Shown here piece by piece: positions 30,290-39,367 of a stretch of 64,000 nucleotides of DNA. The notes below the pieces were generated by a model, which made no database searches, was not told the DNA's origin, and saw only the letters and a program-made list of their open reading frames with translations. A program made the position numbers and the translations under genes. Each line of letters opens with the position of its first letter. Within the stretch, counting starts at the first letter, position 1. Origin of the DNA: an uncultured Desulfospira sp. (GTDB lineage Bacteria; Desulfobacterota; Desulfobacteria; Desulfobacterales; Desulfobacteraceae); contig OY760175.1 of the NCBI GenBank assembly GCA_963663165.1, forward strand, positions 672,001 to 736,000. The letters are read 5' to 3'.

Positions 30290-31468
30290 ATGGATCAGAC
30301 TGTTGATAAGACCGAGAGTCATGTTTTTAAAACTTATTTGCGCCAGGGATCGGCGCCTTTTGTTAAAGGGCAGGGCACCAAGCTTTGGGATTCAGATGGA
30401 AAAATTTATACGGATTTTTTAGCCGGGATTGCCGTGTGCAGTCTGGGCCACTGCCATCCTGAGGTGACCCGGGCGGTTTCAGAACAGGCCGCCACCCTGG
30501 TTCATGTGTCCAATCTTTTTTATACAACGCCCCAGGCGGATCTGGCCCAGGTGTTAACCTCAAATTCGTTTGCTGACCGGGCCTTTTTTGCCAATTCCGG
30601 GGCAGAAGCCAATGAGGCGGCCATCAAACTTGCCCGCCGGTATTTTCAGACCAAAGGCAATGGCAACCGGTACACCATTATTACCATGACACAGTCCTTT
30701 CACGGACGGACCATGGCAACCCTTTCCGCCACGGGCCAGGACAAGATCAAAAAAGGGTTTTACCCCCTGTTGGACGGTTTTGTCCATGTGCCGTTCAACG
30801 ATATTCAAGCCTTGGAAAAATGCCTTGATGATACGGTCTGTGCCGTGATGATGGAACCGGTCCAGGGGGAGGGCGGGGTGATTCCGGCAGACCCGGATTA
30901 CCTTAAGGCCGTTAGAAAATTATGCACGGATACCGGCACCCTGCTGATCTTTGATGAAATCCAGACCGGCATGGGCCGGTGCGGCACCCTGTTTGCCCAC
31001 CAGGATTACGGGGTGGAACCCGATATCATGACCCTGGCCAAGGCCCTGGCCAACGGCATTCCCATCGGGGCCATGCTCGCGACTGAGGAAGCGGCCACAG
31101 GGTTTGAACCGGGCAGCCATGCCACCACCTTCGGGGGCACGCCGCTGGCCACTGCCGCAGCCCTTAAAGTGGTTGACATTATTTCGGACCAAGGGTTTCT
31201 TTCTCAGGTCAAAAAAACGGGGGAATACTTTAAAAGCAGGCTTCTGGAATTAAAACAGACCCATTCCCGGGTTAAAGACATCAGGGGAAAAGGACTGCTG
31301 ATCGGCATGGAGATTGACAAGGATGCCGCAGAAATTGCCCGGGAGTGCTTTAAAAAAGGCTTTATCATTAATGCAATTCAAGATAAGGTACTCAGATTTG
31401 CACCGCCCCTGATTGTGGCCCAAAAAGAGATTGACGAACTAACCGCTGTGCTGGACAGCCTCTTATAG
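30290..31468 (+). CDS. argD: Acetylornithine aminotransferase
   Basis: NSGAEANEAAIK, FHGRT, EPVQGEGG, DEIQTGMGR, TLAKAL. Confidence 0.95.
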   Translation: MDQTVDKTESHVFKTYLRQGSAPFVKGQGTKLWDSDGKIYTDFLAGIAVCSLGHCHPEVTRAVSEQAATLVHVSNLFYTTPQADLAQVLTSNSFADRAFFANSGAEANEAAIKLARRYFQTKGNGNRYTIITMTQSFHGRTMATLSATGQDKIKKGFYPLLDGFVHVPFNDIQALEKCLDDTVCAVMMEPVQGEGGVIPADPDYLKAVRKLCTDTGTLLIFDEIQTGMGRCGTLFAHQDYGVEPDIMTLAKALANGIPIGAMLATEEAATGFEPGSHATTFGGTPLATAAALKVVDIISDQGFLSQVKKTGEYFKSRLLELKQTHSRVKDIRGKGLLIGMEIDKDAAEIARECFKKGFIINAIQDKVLRFAPPLIVAQKEIDELTAVLDSLL

Positions 31469-31488
31469 ATCCGAAAGGAACGCGTATT

Positions 31489-32409
31489 TTGAAAAAAGAT
31501 CTATTATCTTTACTGGACCTTGACGCCGATGATTTTACCTATCTGTTTGACCGGGCCCTGACCCTTAAAAAAAGATATGGCCAGGGCATCATGGACTCGC
31601 ATCTGACCGGGAAAAGCCTTGGCCTGATCTTTGACAAAAAATCCACCAGGACCCGGATTGCCTTTGAAACCGCCATGATTCAGCTGGGGGGCCACGCCAT
31701 TTACATGAGTACCCAGGACACCCAGATTTCAAGGAACGAGCCGGCCAAAGACACGGCAAGGGTGTTGTCCCGGTATATTGACTGCCTGGCCATGAGAACC
31801 TTTGATCATGAACTGGTAGAAGAATTTGCACAGGCGTCCACCATTCCGGTGATCAATGCCCTGACCGATTCTTTTCATCCCTGCCAGATCTTAAGCGATA
31901 TCATGACCATTATCGAGCATAAAGGCGGGTATCAAAAGATTAAAATTGCCTGGGTCGGGGACGGGAACAACGTGGCCAATTCCTGGGTCAATGCCGCATC
32001 GGTTTTAGGGTTTAACCTGATCCTTGCCTGTCCGGACCAGCATGGGGTAAAGCCTGAGATTATCAAGGGGTGCGCCGCAGATACAAAGCCCAATATTGTA
32101 TTTACAAATGATCCCAAAGAAGCGGTTAAAAACGCGGATGTCGTGTATACCGATGTCTGGGCCAGCATGGGAGAAGAAGACGAACTCGAAGACCGGATCA
32201 AGGTGTTTCAGGGATTTCAGGTCAACCATGGCCTGCTGTCGCTGGCCAGGCCCGATGTCCTGGTCATGCACTGCCTGCCGGCCCACAGAGGAGAGGAAAT
32301 CAGCGAGGAGGTCCTTGAGGCCCCCAATGCAGCGTTCTGGGACCAGGCTGAAAACAAACGGCATATGCACAAAGCCATTCTGGAAGCCTTAATCATAGGC
32401 CGTGTTTGA
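31489..32409 (+). CDS. argF: Ornithine carbamoyltransferase
   Basis: STRTR, HPCQ, DVWASMG, HCLPAHRG; TTG start. Confidence 0.97.
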   Translation: MKKDLLSLLDLDADDFTYLFDRALTLKKRYGQGIMDSHLTGKSLGLIFDKKSTRTRIAFETAMIQLGGHAIYMSTQDTQISRNEPAKDTARVLSRYIDCLAMRTFDHELVEEFAQASTIPVINALTDSFHPCQILSDIMTIIEHKGGYQKIKIAWVGDGNNVANSWVNAASVLGFNLILACPDQHGVKPEIIKGCAADTKPNIVFTNDPKEAVKNADVVYTDVWASMGEEDELEDRIKVFQGFQVNHGLLSLARPDVLVMHCLPAHRGEEISEEVLEAPNAAFWDQAENKRHMHKAILEALIIGRV

Positions 32410-32462
32410 ACGAAAGGTCACCCACCTGCGGCATTAAAACAAAAGGAAAGCGTAATAGGGTT

Positions 32463-33857
32463 ATGAGTGATAAACTCTGGGGCGGAAGATTTTCAGAAAG
32501 CACCGATGAACTGGTGGAAAAGTTCAATGCCTCCATTAACGTGGACAAGCGCCTTTATGACTGTGACATTGAAGGCTCCATGGCCCATCTGAAAATGATG
32601 GAAAAGCAGGGCATGATTACGCCCGAAGAGGCCAAAACCCTGATCCATGGCCTTGACCGGGTAAAGCAGAAAATTGAAAACCATGAGGTGGTCTTTTCCG
32701 ACCGCCTGGAAGACATCCACATGCACGTGGAAGATGCCCTGGGCAAAGAGTGCGGGGATGTGGCCAAAAAACTGCATACCGGCCGGAGCCGGAATGACCA
32801 GGTGGCCCTGGATGTGCGGATTTATCTTAAAAAAGAGACCTTGAACCTCATGGGCATGATCCGCTCCTTTCAACAGGCCCTGGTGGATACGGCCAGGGCA
32901 CATATGGATGTCATCATGCCCGGGTATACCCATCTGCAGCGGGCCCAGCCCGTGCTGTTTGCCCATCATCTCATGGCCTACTACGAAATGTTCAACCGGG
33001 ATGCCCAGCGCCTTGAAGATTCACTCAAGCGCCTGGATGTGATGCCTTTAGGGGCAGCGGCGCTTGCCGGCACCACCTATCCTCTGGACCGGGCATATAC
33101 CGCCAGGGTTTTGGGGTTTGGAAGTGTTTCGGAAAACAGCATGGATTCGGTGGCTGACCGGGATTTTGTCATGGAATTTATTTCCCATTCCTCCATTCTT
33201 ATGATCCATTTGTCCCGGCTGTCCGAGGAACTGATCCTCTGGTCTTCTTCGGAATTTTCCTATATCACCATCTCTGATGCCTTTACCACGGGATCATCCA
33301 TCATGCCCCAGAAGAAGAATCCCGATGTGGCGGAACTGGTCCGGGGAAAAACCGGCCGGGTGGTGGGCAACCTGATGGCCATCATGACCTTGATGAAATC
33401 CCTTCCCCTGGCTTACAACAAGGACATGCAGGAAGACAAGGAACCCTTGTTCGACACTGTGGATACCCTGACCATCTGTCTGGATGTCTACACCAGAATG
33501 TTGGGCAACATCCGGGTGAACAAGGACCGGATGCTGGCGGCCTGCAAACAGGGCTTTTTAAATGCAACGGATTTTGCCGATTACCTGGTTAACCGGGGCA
33601 TGCCCTTCCGGCAGGCCCATTCCGTGGCCGGCAAAGCCGTGGCCCACGCCCTTGAACTCGGGAAAGAATTGGACGGGCTATCACTTACTGAACTGAAAAA
33701 GTTCAGTGATCTCATTGAAGAAGATATTTTTGAGTTTATCTCCCTTGAGCAGATGGTGGCCAGAAGAATCACCTATGGGGGAACCGGATTTGACAACGTC
33801 CGAAACGCTGTTGACCGGGCCCAAAACAACCTGTCTCAATATCAACCGGAGAAATAG
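32463..33857 (+). CDS. argH: Argininosuccinate lyase
   Basis: MSDKLWGGRF start (ATG 32463), HTGRSRNDQ, GSSIMPQKKNPD. Confidence 0.97.
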   Translation: MSDKLWGGRFSESTDELVEKFNASINVDKRLYDCDIEGSMAHLKMMEKQGMITPEEAKTLIHGLDRVKQKIENHEVVFSDRLEDIHMHVEDALGKECGDVAKKLHTGRSRNDQVALDVRIYLKKETLNLMGMIRSFQQALVDTARAHMDVIMPGYTHLQRAQPVLFAHHLMAYYEMFNRDAQRLEDSLKRLDVMPLGAAALAGTTYPLDRAYTARVLGFGSVSENSMDSVADRDFVMEFISHSSILMIHLSRLSEELILWSSSEFSYITISDAFTTGSSIMPQKKNPDVAELVRGKTGRVVGNLMAIMTLMKSLPLAYNKDMQEDKEPLFDTVDTLTICLDVYTRMLGNIRVNKDRMLAACKQGFLNATDFADYLVNRGMPFRQAHSVAGKAVAHALELGKELDGLSLTELKKFSDLIEEDIFEFISLEQMVARRITYGGTGFDNVRNAVDRAQNNLSQYQPEK

Positions 33858-34292
33858 ATGAAACACCGCACTGCCATAACGCTGGCCTGTCTTTTTATGG
33901 GATGCCTGGCCATTTCTGCCTGCGGCTATAAAGGACCGCCCCTTCCGCCCCTTGCCAAGACCAGGGTTCTTACCCCGGTTGCGGGGTTAAGCTATGAGAT
34001 TTCGGAAGATACGGCCATCCTGTCATGGACCCATGAACCGGATCCCGAAGACGGCCTGTCCCCCGTGAGCTTTGAAGTTTCAAGTGCCGTCAGGGTGCCC
34101 GGCGAATGCGAAGGCTGCCCCCTGGTATTTACCGTTGCCGATACCGTTCCCATGCCCGAAATGAGTTACTCAAAGGCTGTTGAACCCGGTAACCGGTATT
34201 ATTTCAGGGTCAGGGCCGTTGGAAAAAATAATGTTAAAAGTGAATTTTCACCCACCATTTTAATTGAGCCCGGCCAACCCCCAGCCGATTAA
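33858..34292 (+). CDS. Lipoprotein with a fibronectin type III-like domain
   Basis: Lipobox ISAC followed by GYKGPPLPP; LSW...YYFRVRAV FN3 pattern. Confidence 0.75.
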   Translation: MKHRTAITLACLFMGCLAISACGYKGPPLPPLAKTRVLTPVAGLSYEISEDTAILSWTHEPDPEDGLSPVSFEVSSAVRVPGECEGCPLVFTVADTVPMPEMSYSKAVEPGNRYYFRVRAVGKNNVKSEFSPTILIEPGQPPAD

Positions 34293-34311
34293 CCATCCCA
34301 TCAACTGATCC

Positions 34312-34812
34312 ATGGCATCTTATACCGCTTATTTAAGTATCGGCTCCAACAAGGGAGACAAAAAACAGAACCTTGACCGGGCCATCGACCATCTTGACCG
34401 CCACCCGTTAATTTCGGTTCTAAAGGTGTCCGGATTTTATAAAACAGCGCCCCAGAACTATGAAGATCAGGACTGGTTCGTTAATGCGGCCCTGAAAATC
34501 CAAACCCGTGTTTCAGACCCTTTAGACCTGTTAAAAATTCTCAAGGAAATTGAAGTACAGCTGGACGAGCACGGAAAGGAATTCAGGTTTGGCCCCCGCA
34601 AAATTGACCTGGATATTGTTTATTTTGAGGACTTGATTTTAAGCACCCCTTGCCTTGAAATCCCCCATCCGAGAATGCACGAAAGGTGCTTTGTTTTAAA
34701 GCCGGTCTGTGATATAGGAGCCCATACCGTTCATCCGGTGTTAAAGGTTGAGACAGTAACGTTATTGAAAGCCATTGAAAACCAGGAAGGCCAGGAAGTG
34801 ATTCGATTATAA
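34312..34812 (+). CDS. folK: 2-amino-4-hydroxy-6-hydroxymethyldihydropteridine diphosphokinase
   Basis: YLSIGSN.GD, FVNA, RFGPRKIDLDI, IPHPRMHER.FVL. Confidence 0.96.
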   Translation: MASYTAYLSIGSNKGDKKQNLDRAIDHLDRHPLISVLKVSGFYKTAPQNYEDQDWFVNAALKIQTRVSDPLDLLKILKEIEVQLDEHGKEFRFGPRKIDLDIVYFEDLILSTPCLEIPHPRMHERCFVLKPVCDIGAHTVHPVLKVETVTLLKAIENQEGQEVIRL

Positions 34813-34815
34813 AAA

Positions 34816-34893
34816 AGCTATTAGCCTTTAGCTTTTAGCCATAAGGACTTACAGCTATTGGCTAAAGGCTAAATGCTGACAGCTAGTAGCTAA
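34816..34893. repeat. Family C heptamer inverted repeat
   Basis: agctattagcctttagcttttagcc...ggctaaaggctaaatgctgacagctagtagctaa. Confidence 0.75.
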
Positions 34894-34910
34894 ATAAAAG
34901 GAGATTGAAA

Positions 34911-35555
34911 TTGAAATTTTTTATTGATACGGCAAACATTGAGCAAATCAAAGATGCGGCCAGCATGGGAATGGTTGACGGCGTCACCACCAACCCCTCT
35001 TTAATTGCCAAAGAAGAAGGTGAGTTTAAAGAGATTATCTCCAAAATCTGCGAGATCGTTGACGGGCCGGTCAGCGCTGAAGTCATCAGCCTTGAGTGTG
35101 ATGGTATGGTCAGTGAGGCCCGGGACCTGGCCCGGATTGCCTCAAACATTGTGGTTAAAATCCCCATGACCATTGAAGGCTTAAAGGCTGTTAAGATTCT
35201 GTCATCTGAAGGCATTAAAACCAACGTCACCCTGGTGTTTTCCGCCCTTCAGGCCCTCATGGCCGCCAAGGCCGGTGCCACTTATGTATCCCCGTTTGTG
35301 GGCCGCCTGGACGATCTGGCCCAGGAAGGCATGGAACTGATTGAAGAAATTGTCCAGATTTTTGCCAACTATGAGTTCAATACCCAGATCATCGTGGCCA
35401 GTATCCGCAACCCCCTCCATGTCCTGGATTCAGCCATGCTCGGTGCCGATATTGCCACCATCCCCCATGGGGTGCTAAAGAAACTGGCCGCCCACCATAT
35501 GACGGACAAGGGCATTGAATCTTTTATGGCGGACTGGAACAAAAAAAACCAATAA
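34911..35555 (+). CDS. tal: Transaldolase / fructose-6-phosphate aldolase family
   Basis: [36 protein letters not shown] start 7 nt after AGGAG. Confidence 0.93.
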   Translation: MKFFIDTANIEQIKDAASMGMVDGVTTNPSLIAKEEGEFKEIISKICEIVDGPVSAEVISLECDGMVSEARDLARIASNIVVKIPMTIEGLKAVKILSSEGIKTNVTLVFSALQALMAAKAGATYVSPFVGRLDDLAQEGMELIEEIVQIFANYEFNTQIIVASIRNPLHVLDSAMLGADIATIPHGVLKKLAAHHMTDKGIESFMADWNKKNQ

Positions 35556-35659
35556 AAGATGACGGGAATATGGGCTGACAACTTGGAAAAATCAGCACAA
35601 AATCCAATTTTTTATTGACAAACAAGCCATAAACTTATATTAAAAACGCTTGTTGCTGA

Positions 35660-35734
35660 GCGGGAATAACTCAGTGGTAGAGTGCGACCTTGCCAAGGTC
35701 GAAGTCGCGGGTTCAAATCCCGTTTCCCGCTCCA
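35660..35734 (+). tRNA. tRNA-Gly(GCC)
   Basis: GCGGGAA...TTCCCGC acceptor stem, anticodon loop TTGCCAA, GGTTCAAATCC T-arm, encoded CCA. Confidence 0.97.
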
Positions 35735-35736
35735 CC

Positions 35737-35811
35737 GGCGGCTTGGCCAAGGGGTAAGGCAACGGCCTGCAAAGCCGTTATTCTCCGGTTCAAATCCGGA
35801 AGCCGCCTCCA
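35737..35811 (+). tRNA. tRNA-Cys(GCA)
   Basis: GGCGGCT...AGCCGCC acceptor stem, anticodon loop CTGCAAA, GGTTCAAATCC, CCA. Confidence 0.96.
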
Positions 35812-35856
35812 AAATAAAATCAAGGGGTTGAGATGAAAATCCAACCCCTTTTTTAT
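35761..35856 (+). repeat. Left attachment repeat (3' half of tRNA-Cys + terminator)
   Basis: aacggcctgcaaagccgtt...gccgcctcca...ggggttgagatgaaaatccaaccccttttttat. Confidence 0.9.
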
Positions 35857-35948
35857 GCCTAAAAAATGCCGTTCCCCTTGTATGGGTGGGTTGCATCAGG
35901 CCCGGCAAAGAAAAGGTGACCGGTCCCGAGGAAAGAGTTATACGGTTT

Positions 35949-36545
35949 CTAAAGTTGAAGAGATTTTTCAAACTCCACATTTAAATAAATTTCAGATAAC
36001 GGCAATTCACAATTGGCCGATACGATTGTTACCGTCTGATCTAATTCTTCGTATGATTGATATCCCCATATATCACTTTGGCGTGTGTACTTTTCGACCC
36101 GGCATTCATGTTGGGAGACCAGGATATACTCTTGAAGTGTCGGGATTTTTTTGTAATTAAAGAACTTTTTTGCCCTGTCAAAAAGTTCTGTTGAATCTGA
36201 AAGGATTTCTATAATAACAACTGGGTTTGTCAGGTTGTCAAAATTATCATCATCAAATTCCGCATTACCGCAGGTAATAACAAGATCGGGATAAGTGTAT
36301 TTTTCATCCGAAATTTTTACCCGCATATCATTGGAAAATACTTCACAATCAAAATTGTCAGTTTCAAATTTGCTATGTAATTTTGCAGTAAGATTAACGT
36401 TGATACGGTTGTGGTGTCTGCTTGCTCCAACCATAGCGAAAATCTGACCATCGTAAAATTCATGTTTGATATCCAGAGACGCTCTTTCAAGGGCAAGATA
36501 CTCCTCTGGTGTCATAATGGTTTTTTCCTGCGGTTGTGAGTTCAT
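35949..36545 (-). CDS. Uma2-family (DUF820) PD-(D/E)xK endonuclease
   Basis: MTPEEYL..E.....KHEFYDGQIFAM.GAS..HNRI, YPDLVI, IIEILSDSTE..DR..KF..Y..IPTLQEYILVSQ. Confidence 0.92.
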   Translation of the reverse strand: MNSQPQEKTIMTPEEYLALERASLDIKHEFYDGQIFAMVGASRHHNRINVNLTAKLHSKFETDNFDCEVFSNDMRVKISDEKYTYPDLVITCGNAEFDDDNFDNLTNPVVIIEILSDSTELFDRAKKFFNYKKIPTLQEYILVSQHECRVEKYTRQSDIWGYQSYEELDQTVTIVSANCELPLSEIYLNVEFEKSLQL

Positions 36546-36603
36546 GTTTTTTTCTCCTTACAGGGCTACGCTTATTCCAGTTGTCGTGGGCATTTAGGTT
36601 ATT

Positions 36604-37749
36604 CTATCTTTTAGATTCAAGATTCACAACCTTCTGGGTTGAATTATTCCCCTTTGGCCTCATGGCTTGTTCAATGGCGTTCCCGGCAGCATTGCCACCT
36701 TGCTTTATCCTCTTGTCTGCAAGGTGGGCATACCTCTGGAGCATGGCAAAAGTTTTATGGGCGGTCAAACGTTGCAGGGTGTAAAGATCAATTTCACCAG
36801 AGCTCACAGCCAGACTTGCGAACGTATGGCGCAATGATTGCAAGGGCCTGATTTCTTTTGGGAGGCCGGCCGCCTCTTTAATTTTGTTTATGGATTTTTG
36901 GGCATTTGTGCGTTTTTTGCCGCCTTTACCGGGGAAAACGTATTCACTGCCGGTCGTTATGTGACCTTCAAGGACAGATCGGGCCTGATCGTTCAGGGGG
37001 ATTATATCGTCTTTGCCGGATTTGGGGTCCCGAAGGGTAATAAAGCCCCGTTCAAAATCAATGTCCTGCCATTTCAGGTTGAAGAGCGATCCCCGGCGCA
37101 TTCCTGTGAACAATGCCAACAATATGATATTGCCGGCATGAGGGTGGTCATCTTCTTCAATGACCGTGAATAAGGCCTTTAATTGATCTTCTGAAAGGGC
37201 ATCGTTTTTTATATTATCCACGTTAGGCATTTCTATGATGAATGATAGGGGAGAACACAGGGCTTTTTTGACACCGAAGTTTATCAGTCTTTTGAGAAGG
37301 GCAAGAATATGTTTAGTGGTTTGTGGAGCATGGGTTTTCAGGTAATTCAAACGAACCCGGTCAACGCTTAACGGATCTATTTCATGAACTTTTTTTTTGC
37401 CAAAATTCGGTTTCACATATTTCTCATAACGATTCTTGTCTTTTTGGTAGTTAAGGTTGTGGGCCCGCTGTTTGGAATATTCTTCCCATAGGCGGTCAAT
37501 TGTGAATCTGGATTCTTCTTCAAGTTTTTTCACTCGGGTGGTTTTTCTTCGGCCTTCAAGATAATCGGACCTGATAACTGCTGCTTTTGCCGGGGTCATC
37601 TTATCTGCGTATTGCCGCCCAACTTTTTCTTCAATTACTTTGCCGTCCTTTTTGAACACGACATAATAAATTTTTTCTTCCCTATGGCCGCCAATTCGAT
37701 TTCCAATGCGATAAAAAACCCCTGGTTTGTCAGTTTTTTGTCGTTTCAT
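36604..37749 (-). CDS. Tyrosine recombinase/phage-type integrase
   Basis: TGMRRG (R), PKSG (K), QSLRHTFAS (HxxR with Q), TAHK, QRYAHL (Y). Confidence 0.93.
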   Translation of the reverse strand: MKRQKTDKPGVFYRIGNRIGGHREEKIYYVVFKKDGKVIEEKVGRQYADKMTPAKAAVIRSDYLEGRRKTTRVKKLEEESRFTIDRLWEEYSKQRAHNLNYQKDKNRYEKYVKPNFGKKKVHEIDPLSVDRVRLNYLKTHAPQTTKHILALLKRLINFGVKKALCSPLSFIIEMPNVDNIKNDALSEDQLKALFTVIEEDDHPHAGNIILLALFTGMRRGSLFNLKWQDIDFERGFITLRDPKSGKDDIIPLNDQARSVLEGHITTGSEYVFPGKGGKKRTNAQKSINKIKEAAGLPKEIRPLQSLRHTFASLAVSSGEIDLYTLQRLTAHKTFAMLQRYAHLADKRIKQGGNAAGNAIEQAMRPKGNNSTQKVVNLESKR

Positions 37750-37972
37750 ACGCTGAATTGCTTCCTTGTTTTTCCCCTTATATTTTGATAGGGAATCTTG
37801 ACTGAATTGGGTTTTATTAAAAACTCATTTCCAACCCTATTTCCAACCTTCGTTAGAGAATATACGGTAAATTTGGGATAGTCAAGGTGAAAGAGGCGGC
37901 CAAAAACATACTGTAATTAAACAATAATTGTATGGTTTTGAAAAACATGGCAAATCCAGGTAAAACACTTAA

Positions 37973-38068
37973 AACGGCCTGCAAAGCCGTTATTCTCCGG
38001 TTCAAATCCGGAAGCCGCCTCCAATATAAAATCAAGGGTTTGGGATGAAAATCCAACCCCTTTTTTAT
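37973..38068 (+). repeat. Right attachment repeat (duplicated tRNA-Cys 3' half + terminator)
   Basis: Matches 35761-35856 with a few mismatches in the post-tRNA part. Confidence 0.9.
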
Positions 38069-38084
38069 TACGGGGGAATGAATA

Positions 38085-38819
38085 ATGAGTGAACAAAGCG
38101 TTCTGATGGACATTGACAGTTCAATTGCCTTGATCTCTTTGAACCGGCCCCAAAAACACAATGCCATTAACAAAGATCTTCTGGTTCAACTGTATGACTG
38201 CTTTGAAAGCGTATCGACCAGACCGGATATCAATGCGGTCATTTTAACGGGAAAGGGCAAATCCTTTTGTGCGGGAGTTGACCTTGAGGCGGTTAAAACC
38301 CAAGGGTTGTTCGATATCAGAGAGGACGGAAAAGAGCTGCCCGAGATATTCAAGGCCTGTCCGGTGCCCATAATTGGCGCGGTCAACGGACACGCCATTA
38401 CCGGCGGCCTTGAGATGGCCCTGTGCTGCGATTTCCTCATTGCCTCGGATCTGGCCGTATTCATCGACAGCCATGCAAAGCTTGGCATCCATCCGGGATG
38501 GGGATTAACCCAGCTTCTTCAGCAGGCCGTGGGCATCAGAAGGGCAGCCCAGATGTCTTTTACCGGCATGCCGGTGCCGGTCGGGCTAGCATTGGAGTGG
38601 GGCCTGGTCAATGAAGTGGTTCCTGCTAAAGACCTGGTTCCAAGGGCCAAGGCCATTGCCGGCCAAATCGGTGAGGCCAGCCCGGCCATCATCAAAAAAA
38701 TTAAATCTTTGATGAATTGTTCAGGCCAGATGAGCCGGGAGCAGGCCCTGGACCTTGAACGAAAAGGCTTTAAGCAATTTTTGAATGATCCTGAAAGCCT
38801 TGGCGACAGCGCGTTTTGA
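38085..38819 (+). CDS. Enoyl-CoA hydratase/isomerase family protein
   Basis: LNRPQKHNAI, FCAGVDL, PIIGAVNGHAITGGLE, GIHPGWG. Confidence 0.92.
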   Translation: MSEQSVLMDIDSSIALISLNRPQKHNAINKDLLVQLYDCFESVSTRPDINAVILTGKGKSFCAGVDLEAVKTQGLFDIREDGKELPEIFKACPVPIIGAVNGHAITGGLEMALCCDFLIASDLAVFIDSHAKLGIHPGWGLTQLLQQAVGIRRAAQMSFTGMPVPVGLALEWGLVNEVVPAKDLVPRAKAIAGQIGEASPAIIKKIKSLMNCSGQMSREQALDLERKGFKQFLNDPESLGDSAF

Positions 38820-38855
38820 TGCTTGGCTAAAAATACATTTTATCTCCCAAATAAT

Positions 38856-38937
38856 GGACTTGGGACTTGGGACTTGGGATATGGGACTTGGGGATTGCAG
38901 TATCCACGGCCTACCCAAGTCCCATATCCCAAGTCCC
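38856..38937. repeat. Repeat family A, copy 2
   Basis: Same 50-bp core as 4925-5007; the flanks (atctcc..aa / ttttatacatt) are also shared. Confidence 0.9.
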
Positions 38938-39047
38938 AATTTTATACATTCATACAATCCCCACAACAGACATCAAACCATAATCCGCAAGTATCGCCTG
39001 CAGCCAAAAACATTGACTTTTCGGCTGTTTCTAATTATGAATAACAC

Positions 39048-39228
39048 TTGTTCAGGTGCATTTCACGCATGCTTTAACCATAAAGCATAGGGAATCCGGT
39101 TAAATTCCGGAACGGGCCCGCCGCTGTAGTTGGGGACGAACCCTGCAAACTGCCACTGTTGAAACGAATTTCGGCGGGAAGGCGCAGTCAGTAGAATGAT
39201 CCAATAGTCAGAAGACCTGCCTTAACAA
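39048..39228 (+). ncRNA. Cobalamin riboswitch
   Basis: aggtgc...atagggaatccggttaaattccggaacgggcccgccgctgt...gccactg...gggaagg...agtcagaagacctgcc (B12 box); terminator hairpin at ~39285-39328; upstream of btu genes. Confidence 0.93.
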
Positions 39229-39367
39229 ATTTGGCCTTTCCTTGTGGTAAAGGAGGGTCAATACATTTTCGGATATAAATTAGGGATGCTCCGAATCAGT
39301 AACACGCTGGTTCGGGGCATTTTATTTTTAAGCTGTTAGCCTTTAGCTAACCGATCAAGGACGGCAT

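Larger units (their letters stand above)
35761..38068. mobile_element. Mini integrative element in tRNA-Cys (integrase + Uma2 nuclease)
   Basis: 96-bp direct repeat (35761-35856 and 37973-38068; the tRNA-derived first ~51 bp are identical) flanks a tyrosine integrase and one cargo gene; visibly AT-rich. Confidence 0.9.

Noticed and set aside
37973..38023. Second tRNA-Cys gene
   Set aside because: Lacks the 5' acceptor strand and D-arm; it is the att duplication.
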